This document shows positions 7,423-14,867 of a stretch of 32,000 nt of DNA, piece after piece. Origin of the DNA: Tannockella kyphosi (lineage in GTDB: Bacteria > Bacillota_I > Bacilli_A > Erysipelotrichales > Coprobacillaceae); contig NZ_CP088239.1 of the NCBI RefSeq assembly GCF_021054785.1, positions 180,001-212,000 on the forward strand, given 5' to 3'. Every line of letters begins with the position of its first letter. The first letter of the stretch is position 1. The position numbers were made by a program, and so were the translations under genes. A model generated the notes under the pieces. The model ran no database searches and was not told the DNA's origin. It saw only the letters and a list, made by a program, of their open reading frames with translations.

Positions 7423-8644
7423 TAAATACTTAGAAAATTATGCAAATCTAATCGTAGTATCGGGCTTAAATGTCCAAAAACAACAAACGGTAGTAATAGA
7501 GGCAGAGGTAGAATCAGTCGAACTAGTGCGTTTAGTTACGAAATATGCTTATCGTCAAGGTGCAAAGGAAGTAGTAGTACGATATAGTGATGAAGTAGTT
7601 ACTCGTTTAAAATATGAAAACTGTGAACAGTCTGTTTTTGAAACAGTACCTACATGGTTATCTAACTTCAAAAATGATTATGCAGCTATGAATGCTTGTT
7701 TTCTATCTATTATTAGCGATGATCCAGAAGCATTTAAAGGGGTAGACCCAACAAAAATGGCATCATGGTCAAAAAGTGTGAATAAAGAATGTCGAGTATT
7801 TAGAGATTTACTGGAAAACAGTACCAATGCATGGTGTATTGTAGGGGCGAGTAGTGTGAAGTGGGCTAATCGGGTATTTCCTGATATGTCTGATAAAGAA
7901 GCTTATGATGCATTGTGGAGTGCTATTTTTAAGGCAACAAAAGCAGATCAAGAAGATCCGAATGCTGCATGGATAGAACATCGTGCAAGTTTTGAAAGAA
8001 GAGTAAAATATTTGAATGAATTAAATATTGATACACTTACTTATACAAATAATTTAGGAACGAATGTGAAGGTATCTTTGATGGAAGGATATTTATTTGC
8101 TGGAGGTGGGAACTATTTACAAAATGGTTTATATAACATTCCAAATATTCCTACTGAAGAAATATTTGCTAGTCCTATTTTTGATAAAACAGAAGGTATT
8201 GTTTATAGTTCGTTACCTTTAAATTATAATGGAAATATTATTGATGAATTCTATATGGAATTTAAAGATGGAAGAGTTGTGAATTATGGAGCAAAAAAAG
8301 GTTATGATGTTTTAAAGGAAATGATTGAATTTGATGAAGGTAGTCATTATTTAGGGGAAATAGCATTAGTTCCTTATGATTCACCAATTTCAAATATGAA
8401 TATTACTTTTTTAAATACTTTATTTGATGAAAATGCTGTTTGTCATTTTGCTATTGGTAAAGGATTTAGTGAATGTATCGTAGGTGGCTATGAGATGACA
8501 AAAGAAGAGTTACAAGAAAAAGGGATTAATGATTCTTTATTACATGTTGACTTTATGATAGGAACAAATGATTTACATATTGTAGCTTCATCAAAAGATG
8601 GTCAAGAGATAGAAGTGTTTAAAGAAGGAAATTTTGTTTTTTAG
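7412..8644 (+). CDS. pepS: M29-family aminopeptidase (PepS/AmpS type)
   Basis: N-terminus LENYANLIVVSGLNVQKQQTVVI...LVRLVTKYAYRQGAKEVVVRY. Core segments NIPTEEIFASP, DEGSHYLGEIALVPYDSPIS and FLNTLFDENAVCHFAIGKGF. The ATG overlaps the Sel1 gene by 11 nt, and AGGAGA lies upstream. Confidence 0.9.
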   Translation: MNFNKYLENYANLIVVSGLNVQKQQTVVIEAEVESVELVRLVTKYAYRQGAKEVVVRYSDEVVTRLKYENCEQSVFETVPTWLSNFKNDYAAMNACFLSIISDDPEAFKGVDPTKMASWSKSVNKECRVFRDLLENSTNAWCIVGASSVKWANRVFPDMSDKEAYDALWSAIFKATKADQEDPNAAWIEHRASFERRVKYLNELNIDTLTYTNNLGTNVKVSLMEGYLFAGGGNYLQNGLYNIPNIPTEEIFASPIFDKTEGIVYSSLPLNYNGNIIDEFYMEFKDGRVVNYGAKKGYDVLKEMIEFDEGSHYLGEIALVPYDSPISNMNITFLNTLFDENAVCHFAIGKGFSECIVGGYEMTKEELQEKGINDSLLHVDFMIGTNDLHIVASSKDGQEIEVFKEGNFVF

Positions 8645-8668
8645 TTGATAAATGTAGGAAAATTAAAT

Positions 8669-8697
8669 TTGACAAGTAAGAATAAACAAGATAATAT
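8669..8697 (+). promoter_or_regulatory. sigma-A type promoter for prfC
   Basis: TTGACA (8669-8674), 17-nt spacer, TAATAT (8692-8697). Confidence 0.6.
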
Positions 8698-8720
8698 AAG
8701 TTCTTGCAAGGAGATTAAAA

Positions 8721-10304
8721 ATGAGTGAATATATACAACAAGTACAAAAAAGAAGAACTTTCGCTATCATCTCACATCCCGATGCTGGTAAAACAACATT
8801 AACAGAAAAGTTCTTATTATATGGTGGAGCAATCCAACAAGCTGGGACTGTAAAAGGGAAAAAGAATAGCAAACATGCAACTAGTGACTGGATGGAGATT
8901 GAAAAACAAAGAGGAATCTCTGTAACATCTTCAGTTTTACAATTTGATTACAATGATTTTTGTATTAATATCTTAGATACTCCAGGACATCAAGATTTCT
9001 CAGAAGATACTTATCGTACGCTAATGGCTGCAGATTGTGCCGTAATGGTCATTGATGCTTCTAAAGGGGTAGAGGAACAAACAAGAAAACTATTTAAAGT
9101 TTGTACCATGAGACAAATCCCAATCTTTACCTTTGTTAATAAAATGGATCGTGAAGCCAAAGACCCATATTCTTTAATGGAAGAAATTGAACAAGAATTA
9201 GGAATTGAAACTTGTGCCGTTAATTGGCCAATTGGTTCAGGTAAAGAGTTTAAAGGGGTTTATGAAAGAAATGACCAAAGTGTTATTCGTTTTATCCCAG
9301 TTGATGGTGGAAAAAGAGAAGTAGAAACAAAAGTAATGGATGGACATGATCCATTATTACAAGAAGAATTAGCACAAGATTTATATAATAAATTACAAGA
9401 AGATATTGAATTATTAGATATTGCAGGTAATGATTTTGATTTAGAAAGAGTTCGTCAAGGAAAATTATCTCCAGTATGCTTTGGTTCCGCATTAACAAAC
9501 TTCGGGATTGAACCATTTTTACGTCATTTCTTAGAAATGACTACATCTCCATTACCAAGATTAGCAGGAGAAAAATTAGTAGATCCATTAAACGAAGACT
9601 TTAGTGCTTTTGTATTTAAAATACAAGCAAATATGAATAAGTCTCATCGAGATCGTATGGCTTTTATGCGTATATGTTCAGGTAAGTTTACTAAAGGAAT
9701 GGAAGTATATCATTTCCAAGGAGCTAAAAAAATTAAGTTAAATCAATCAAAACAACTAATGGCAGATGAAAGACAAGAAGTAGAAGAAGCATTTGCAGGG
9801 GATATTATTGGTGTTTTCGATTCAGGTATTTTCTCTATTGGAGATACGATTACTACCGGAAAAGAGCGTTTTGCATTTGATGGGATACCAACCTTTGCAC
9901 CAGAACATTTTGCTTTGATTCGTAATAAAGATACGATGAAAAGAAAACAATTTGTAAAAGGTGTAGAACAAATTGCAAAAGAAGGAGCAATCCAAATCTT
10001 TACAGATATTGGTGGAGGTATGGAAGAAATTATTGTAGGAGTAGTAGGTGTCTTACAGTTTGAGGTATTAGAACATCGATTAGCGAATGAATATAATGTA
10101 GAAATCATAAGAAGTGGTTTACCTTATCAATATATTCGCTGGATGAATCAAGATGTCGATGTTAAAAAATTAAATCTTTCAAGTGATACAAAACAAGTAC
10201 AAGATTTAAAAGGACAACCATTATTATTATTCACAAATGATTGGGGAGTACGTTGGGCAACTGATAAAAATCCGGAATTAAAATTAGCTTCATTTAGTAA
10301 ATAG
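8721..10304 (+). CDS. prfC: peptide chain release factor 3 (translational GTPase)
   Basis: RRTFAIISHPDAGKTTLTEKFLLYGGAIQQAGTVKGKK (G1 motif and RF3 N-terminus), ILDTPGHQDF, and FVNKMDRE (NKxD). The length of 527 aa is typical. Confidence 0.95.
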   Translation: MSEYIQQVQKRRTFAIISHPDAGKTTLTEKFLLYGGAIQQAGTVKGKKNSKHATSDWMEIEKQRGISVTSSVLQFDYNDFCINILDTPGHQDFSEDTYRTLMAADCAVMVIDASKGVEEQTRKLFKVCTMRQIPIFTFVNKMDREAKDPYSLMEEIEQELGIETCAVNWPIGSGKEFKGVYERNDQSVIRFIPVDGGKREVETKVMDGHDPLLQEELAQDLYNKLQEDIELLDIAGNDFDLERVRQGKLSPVCFGSALTNFGIEPFLRHFLEMTTSPLPRLAGEKLVDPLNEDFSAFVFKIQANMNKSHRDRMAFMRICSGKFTKGMEVYHFQGAKKIKLNQSKQLMADERQEVEEAFAGDIIGVFDSGIFSIGDTITTGKERFAFDGIPTFAPEHFALIRNKDTMKRKQFVKGVEQIAKEGAIQIFTDIGGGMEEIIVGVVGVLQFEVLEHRLANEYNVEIIRSGLPYQYIRWMNQDVDVKKLNLSSDTKQVQDLKGQPLLLFTNDWGVRWATDKNPELKLASFSK

Positions 10305-10332
10305 AAGACATATCGTAAGATAATTTGTTATA

Positions 10333-10361
10333 TTGACAAGTTTCGCATTCTTGATTATACT
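10333..10361 (+). promoter_or_regulatory. sigma-A type promoter for the small membrane-peptide gene
   Basis: TTGACA (10333-10338), 17-nt spacer, TATACT (10356-10361). It occupies the 5' extension of the ORF-track ORF, which argues for the downstream start. Confidence 0.6.
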
Positions 10362-10401
10362 ATTAGACATACAAAATAAATGTTGTTGGGGGATAATAAG
10401 A

Positions 10402-10590
10402 ATGAAAAGAATAACAGCCATATTTATATGTGCGATGATTTTTATGATAAATGCAAAAACTGTATTTGCAGCAGAGATGCAAGCTGTTTTTGAAGTCACA
10501 CCAAATGCACCTATTTATATGTGTTTTACAATGGTAATGGCTATTGTTACAGGAATTGTAGTATATGATCGAAAGGAAAAGGATAGCTAA
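10402..10590 (+). CDS. 62-aa secreted/bitopic mini-protein (signal peptide plus C-terminal TM anchor)
   Basis: GGGGGA SD upstream of the ATG at 10402. MKRITAIFICAMIFMINAKTVFA|AE has the form of a signal peptide with an AxA-like site. It is followed by about 14 residues, a hydrophobic helix IYMCFTMVMAIVTGIVVY and a charged tail DRKEKDS. Confidence 0.55.
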   Translation: MKRITAIFICAMIFMINAKTVFAAEMQAVFEVTPNAPIYMCFTMVMAIVTGIVVYDRKEKDS

Positions 10591-10610
10591 ATTTAGCTAA
10601 GCCTTTTTTT
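10585..10610 (+). terminator. weak terminator after the mini-protein gene
   Basis: AGCTAAATTTAGCT palindrome (10585-10598) followed by AAGCC and a run of 7 T. The stem is short and AT-rich. Confidence 0.4.
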
Positions 10611-10723
10611 ATGGTGTAAATGAGTATCGTTAAATCAGAATATGTGTTATTGTAGAGCTAGAAAAGGAGCTGATTTCTATCGCTAACACAGGGAAAAGAA
10701 GAAAATGTCGATGCATACAAACA

Positions 10724-10903
10724 ATGGATATTTACATAAAAAAAGATCGTCAAATATTGTTTGAAAAAGCAATGATCTATGACTGTGTTATTCGTGAAGA
10801 TGCTAAACAATCTACATATTATAAAATATATGGAATAGAATATGATTTATCTTGTACAGAAAATGAATTTAATGAACATTTTGTACTCATTTTAAAGCTG
10901 TAA
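10724..10903 (+). CDS. hypothetical 59-aa soluble protein (below the ORF-track cutoff)
   Basis: My own translation: MDIYIKKDRQILFEKAMIYDCVIREDAKQSTYYKIYGIEYDLSCTENEFNEHFVLILKL. A good terminator follows. There is no convincing SD before the ATG at 10724. An alternative ATG at 10705 is in the +1 frame and meets an A7 run at 10737-10743. Confidence 0.35.
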   Translation: MDIYIKKDRQILFEKAMIYDCVIREDAKQSTYYKIYGIEYDLSCTENEFNEHFVLILKL

Positions 10904-10921
10904 CTTGGTTACGCTTTTTTT
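10896..10921 (+). terminator. rho-independent terminator
   Basis: AGC-t-GTAAC (10896-10904), loop TTG, GTTAC-GCT (10908-10915), then a run of 7 T. Confidence 0.65.
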
Positions 10922-10933
10922 ATTGAGAGGAGT

Positions 10934-10962
10934 TTGTTATTTTTGGATAGCTATGTTATAAT
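10934..10962 (+). promoter_or_regulatory. extended -10 sigma-A promoter for the degenerate P-type ATPase gene
   Basis: TTGTTA (10934-10939), 17-nt spacer, TGt-TATAAT (10954-10962). It overlaps the ORF-track TTG start, so the real start is downstream. Confidence 0.6.
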
Positions 10963-10990
10963 GTCGCATATGGCAAAAGAGGAGAAATGT

Positions 10991-12928
10991 ATGAATAAAG
11001 ATTTCTATATTGGAGATATCAAATCAGATGAAGATATCAATAACTTATCAATTGCTCTTGTAGAGTTAGAAGAGGTTTCACGTATGAAAATACATGGATC
11101 AGCTATCTCTTTTACGTGTGCTGATTTAACACATGTTCAAGCAGTAGTTTGTTCTATTGATAGTGAATTAATTTTACATGAAATAATAAATGAAAAAAGA
11201 AGAGTTTATAAAAATAATGGGGAAGAAAAGGAAATGATTTTCCTTTTTAAGAATCTTTCTAATATAAATGAAGCAACAGAGATAGAGGATATTTTATCAA
11301 AGTATGCTATGTATCAAGATGTTACAGTTGATTTTCCTAATAAATTATTAACACTTACTACAAGTGATAAAATAGCTTTAACTAGATTAAATCGTATTGT
11401 TGATAAAGTAAATCCTGATATTGATGTCGAAGAATGGAAAAAGCCTTTCCGTTCCCAAGATATTTTTCAAGAAAAATACATGGGAAGATATTTAAAAATA
11501 AGTGTCTTATTAGTTTGTGCTTCTTTAGGGGTTGTAACAACATATCAAAGTTCTTTGATACCAATGATTGGGTGGTTGGTTGCTATTCTTATTTGTTTAG
11601 AAGGTATTTTGAAGAATGCAAAAAGAGATTTATCTTTAAAGAATTATATGACTGAAAATACATTAATTATATTGGCTTGTTTTTTTGGATGGGCATATGG
11701 AGCTTATGCAGAAACGTTACTTGTTGGTTTGATTTATCAATATGGAGACAAATTATATGTACATTTTGTTTCTATATTCCTTGCTAAAATAGATGCTACA
11801 GTTAGTGTTCCTAAATTTGGTAAAAAGTATGATAAAGAAAAGGGTTATGTTTTAACACCTTTAGAAGAATTTGATATTGGTGATATGTTGGTTGTTGAAA
11901 ATGGAGATGTTGTTTTATTAGGTGGAAGTATTCATGTAGGAACAAGTTCGATTGATACATTTGCAATTGATGGTAGTGAAGTAGTAACGGAAGTTAGTAT
12001 TGGAGATGCGATAAGTAGTGGTTCTTTAAACAAAGGTGATACACTTATTGTTTGGGTTAGTGCTTTAGCTTCACAAAATGTATTCTCTAAGTTATTAGAT
12101 ATTGCTGCTTCTTCACCAACTTATGAATCAAAAACACAAAGAATGATGGAAAAAGTAGCAAAGTATACAATGATTACTTTTGTGATACTTGCTTTAGTTA
12201 CAGGAATTGTTTTCCCAATAGTTGATTTTGAATTATACCATGAATACTTATATGTTGCAGCGATTGTATTGACGGTAGCTAGTACATATGCATATAAACA
12301 AGTAGCGTCTTTAGGTGTTTTAGCCGGTGTGGCTAAATCATTTAAAGAGGGAATTATTATTAAAGAAAATAGTGGATTAGATTCTTTACGTTCTTGTGCG
12401 ACTATTGTATATGATCGTTTTGATGGGGTGGAAGTAACAGAAGAAGAATTACTATTATTTGATCAATTGAAACAATCAGGGAAAGATATTATTATCTTTA
12501 ATGATGGTCCCGTTGATTTAATTAATGATCAACATGTTATTTATAATGATTTAACAGTTGTTCAAAAGAAATCAGTAATGGATGAAGCAATGGCACCAAT
12601 AGCTTATATTGGTGATACTGCCAAAGATGTAGAATTACTTCAAAAAGCATATGTAGGTATTGCTAGAGGTGGTTTACATGATCCAATAGTGACTAAAAAT
12701 AGTGATATTTTAATTGCAAAAAGTGAACTTTCTACAATTTATCAAATGTTAAAAATTGCTAAAAAACAAAAAGCAATTCAATATGAAAATACAATTATTA
12801 GTATTTGTAGTAATCTTTTATTAGTGTTATCAGCATTCTCTTTAACAATGCCTTGGATTGTGGCGGCGTTAGTTTATATGTTAACAATTGTAGTGTTCTT
12901 ATTAAATACAACTAGAATATTAAAATAG
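10991..12928 (+). CDS. P1B-type (heavy-metal) ATPase homolog with all catalytic/ion-binding motifs degenerate and no N domain (putative pseudo-enzyme)
   Basis: AGAGGAG lies 7 nt before the ATG at 10991. The protein is collinear with CopA/ZntA-type pumps: two HMA-like modules without CxxC, 8 predicted TM helices, and an actuator segment (GDMLVVENGDVVLLGGSIHVGTSSIDTFAIDGSEVVTEV). TM6 through the P domain reads IVLTVASTYAYKQVASLGVLAGVAKSFKEGIIIKENSGLDSLRSCATIVYDRFDGV, and the hinge reads IAYIGDTAKDVELLQKAYVGIA. Motif replacements: TGES to DGSE, CPC to AST, DKTGT to DRFDG, GDGxND to GDTAKD. Confidence 0.75.
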   Translation: MNKDFYIGDIKSDEDINNLSIALVELEEVSRMKIHGSAISFTCADLTHVQAVVCSIDSELILHEIINEKRRVYKNNGEEKEMIFLFKNLSNINEATEIEDILSKYAMYQDVTVDFPNKLLTLTTSDKIALTRLNRIVDKVNPDIDVEEWKKPFRSQDIFQEKYMGRYLKISVLLVCASLGVVTTYQSSLIPMIGWLVAILICLEGILKNAKRDLSLKNYMTENTLIILACFFGWAYGAYAETLLVGLIYQYGDKLYVHFVSIFLAKIDATVSVPKFGKKYDKEKGYVLTPLEEFDIGDMLVVENGDVVLLGGSIHVGTSSIDTFAIDGSEVVTEVSIGDAISSGSLNKGDTLIVWVSALASQNVFSKLLDIAASSPTYESKTQRMMEKVAKYTMITFVILALVTGIVFPIVDFELYHEYLYVAAIVLTVASTYAYKQVASLGVLAGVAKSFKEGIIIKENSGLDSLRSCATIVYDRFDGVEVTEEELLLFDQLKQSGKDIIIFNDGPVDLINDQHVIYNDLTVVQKKSVMDEAMAPIAYIGDTAKDVELLQKAYVGIARGGLHDPIVTKNSDILIAKSELSTIYQMLKIAKKQKAIQYENTIISICSNLLLVLSAFSLTMPWIVAALVYMLTIVVFLLNTTRILK

Positions 12929-12952
12929 CTCACGATGGTGAGCTATTTATAT
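12926..12952 (+). terminator. hairpin overlapping the stop codon (weak terminator or processing/stability element) between the ATPase-like gene and rluA-like gene
   Basis: TAGCTCAC (12926-12933, includes the TAG stop), loop GATG, GTGAGCTA (12938-12945), then TTTATAT. The U tract is poor. Confidence 0.4.
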
Positions 12953-12964
12953 AAGGAGGAAAAA

Positions 12965-13792
12965 ATGAAATATAATGTAAAACAAGAAATGTTATTGCTT
13001 GATTTTTTAATGATTCATATGTCTCGTAAACAAGCAAAACTATATTTAAAGTATAAACAAGTTTATTGTAATCAAATGGCCAATATAACCCATGATTATG
13101 TGGTGAAGCCTGGGGATGTAGTAGAAATAAAAAAAGAACAAGCTAGCCCATTAGATATTCTATATGAAGATAATGATTGTGTTATTATTAATAAGCCTAG
13201 TGGCTTATTAAGTATGTCTGGTGGTGGAGAAAAAGAAAAGACTGCTTATCATTTAGTTAGTACTTACTTAAAAACAAAAGACAAGAATGCAAGAAACTTT
13301 ATTGTGCATCGTTTAGATAGAGATACATCAGGTATTTTATTGTTTGCTAAAAATGAAAAAATGAAAAACTTATTACAAAATGATTGGAATAACTTAGTTA
13401 TTCAAAGAGGATATATTGCAATTGTTGAAGGTAAATTAAAACAAGACAAAGGAACCATAAAAAACTATTTAGATGAATCTAAAACACAACAAGTTTACAT
13501 TACCAAAAAAGGTGGTAAATTAGCAGTAACACATTATCGTGTTTTAAAAACAAACAACAAACAAAGTATGGTAGAAGTATACTTAGATACAGGACGTAAA
13601 AACCAAATTCGTGTCCATATGCAATCTTTAGGTAACAGTATTGTTGGTGATAAGAAATATGGAGCAAACACAAACCCAATCCAAAGATTAGGTTTACATT
13701 GCCATGATTTTTTATTCACGCATCCTATTACAAAAAAGAAAATTCATATTCAATGCGATAGTCCAAAAAACTTTACTGATTTATTCAAATAA
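12965..13792 (+). CDS. RluA-family pseudouridine synthase with N-terminal S4-like module
   Basis: TAAGGAGGA upstream of the ATG at 12965 (MKYNVKQ...). Family motifs: IINKPSGLLS, HRLDRDTSGILLFAKN (catalytic Asp), DTGRKNQIRVH. Confidence 0.9.
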   Translation: MKYNVKQEMLLLDFLMIHMSRKQAKLYLKYKQVYCNQMANITHDYVVKPGDVVEIKKEQASPLDILYEDNDCVIINKPSGLLSMSGGGEKEKTAYHLVSTYLKTKDKNARNFIVHRLDRDTSGILLFAKNEKMKNLLQNDWNNLVIQRGYIAIVEGKLKQDKGTIKNYLDESKTQQVYITKKGGKLAVTHYRVLKTNNKQSMVEVYLDTGRKNQIRVHMQSLGNSIVGDKKYGANTNPIQRLGLHCHDFLFTHPITKKKIHIQCDSPKNFTDLFK

Positions 13793-13886
13793 GCCTAACG
13801 TAAGGAAGGATTAGAATGATACAATAAAACTGGATTTAATATGTAATGGTTTCACAAAACTTCGAAGCTTAAAATAATTAAAAAAC

Positions 13887-13917
13887 TGATACACAAAGTT
13901 CGATACTTTGTGTATCA
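13887..13917 (-). terminator. strong hairpin terminator oriented for the minus strand
   Basis: 13-bp perfect stem TGATACACAAAGT (13887-13899) / ACTTTGTGTATCA (13905-13917) with a 5-nt loop. On the minus strand it is followed by GTTTTTT. On the plus strand an A run precedes it and no T run follows. Confidence 0.65.
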
Positions 13918-14002
13918 TTGATTGTTCATAGTAACTCCTTTCTATGTTGTTTAGCAAGGCATCTATGAACTTTTTTATAAGTTTACATTCAATGAATTAG
14001 AA

Positions 14003-14030
14003 TTGACTATGGATGAAAAAGTAGTATAAT
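14003..14030 (+). promoter_or_regulatory. near-consensus sigma-A promoter for the first ABC operon
   Basis: TTGACT (14003-14008), 16-nt spacer, TATAAT (14025-14030). This implies a 5' leader of about 115 nt before the ATG at 14154. Confidence 0.65.
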
Positions 14031-14153
14031 TACATCGAACAGTTAGCTGATACTAACTATAAAGAATGCATTTTAATATTTGTTAAGTTTTTGGTAAGCT
14101 ATACTTTGTATAGTGGGTATCGAATAATTTGATTAGGAAAGTGGAGAGCGTTT

Positions 14154-14855
14154 ATGAAGATTGTAGAATTTGATCATGTAAGTCGTGTTTATGAAAATGG
14201 AAGTCAAATATTTAAGGCTTTAGATGAAGTGAGTTTCACGCTAGAAGAAGGTAAGTTTATTGTAGTTCTTGGTCCTTCTGGAGCAGGTAAGTCAACATTA
14301 TTAAATCTTTTAGGTGGGATTGACAGTCCAACTTCTGGACATATATTAGTGGATGGGGAAGATATAGCGGGCCTTAGTTCCGATGAACTTGCTGATTATA
14401 GAGCAAGTAAAGTTGGTTTTATTTTTCAGTTCTATAATTTAATTCCAGCATTAACGGTACATGAAAATGTAAAACTTGTTCATGAAAATACGAAAAATGC
14501 AATTTCTGCTACTAAAATATTAGAAGAAGTAGGACTAAAAGAACATTTAAAAAAATTCCCACATGAACTTTCAGGTGGAGAGCAACAACGTGTTTCTATT
14601 GCAAGAGCGATCGCAAAGAATCCTAAAATATTACTTTGTGATGAACCAACAGGGGCATTGGATTCCTCAACAGGAGTACTTATATTAAAACTATTATTAA
14701 ATATGACTAGAGAACATAATAAAACAATTGTAATTGTGACTCATAATCAAAAAATAGCTGAAATGGCGGATGTACTAATACGTGTAAAAAATGGTAAGAT
14801 TAATGACTATATTGAACAAGCTAATCCTATCTCTGTAGATGATATTGAGTGGTAG
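14154..14855 (+). CDS. ABC transporter ATP-binding protein, MacB/LolD/FtsE-like subfamily
   Basis: Walker [11 protein letters not shown]-loop FIFQFYNL, signature [14 protein letters not shown], Walker [14 protein letters not shown]-loop VTHN. Confidence 0.95.
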   Translation: MKIVEFDHVSRVYENGSQIFKALDEVSFTLEEGKFIVVLGPSGAGKSTLLNLLGGIDSPTSGHILVDGEDIAGLSSDELADYRASKVGFIFQFYNLIPALTVHENVKLVHENTKNAISATKILEEVGLKEHLKKFPHELSGGEQQRVSIARAIAKNPKILLCDEPTGALDSSTGVLILKLLLNMTREHNKTIVIVTHNQKIAEMADVLIRVKNGKINDYIEQANPISVDDIEW

Positions 14856-14867
14856 GAGGACGAATAC

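Noticed and set aside
9743-10108. 121-aa minus-strand ORF, and also 9292-9516 and 8663-8872, overlapping prfC
   Set aside because: They are antisense to a highly conserved GTPase gene. They have no SD and typical AT-rich antisense composition. The ORF at 8663-8872 also runs across the prfC promoter.
10934-10990. TTG start at 10934 for the ATPase-like ORF, and TTG start at 10333 for the mini-protein
   Set aside because: Both 5' extensions coincide with good -35/-10 promoter elements and lack a properly spaced SD. Downstream ATGs at 10991 and 10402 have strong SDs.
13899-14124. Scattered complementary 7-8-mers in the 360-nt gap (TTCGATAC at 13899 vs GTATCGAA at 14117; GTTCGAT vs ATCGAAC at 14034)
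   Set aside because: They are short, and they lie on both sides of the predicted promoter, so they are not on one transcript. They are compatible with chance in AT-rich DNA.
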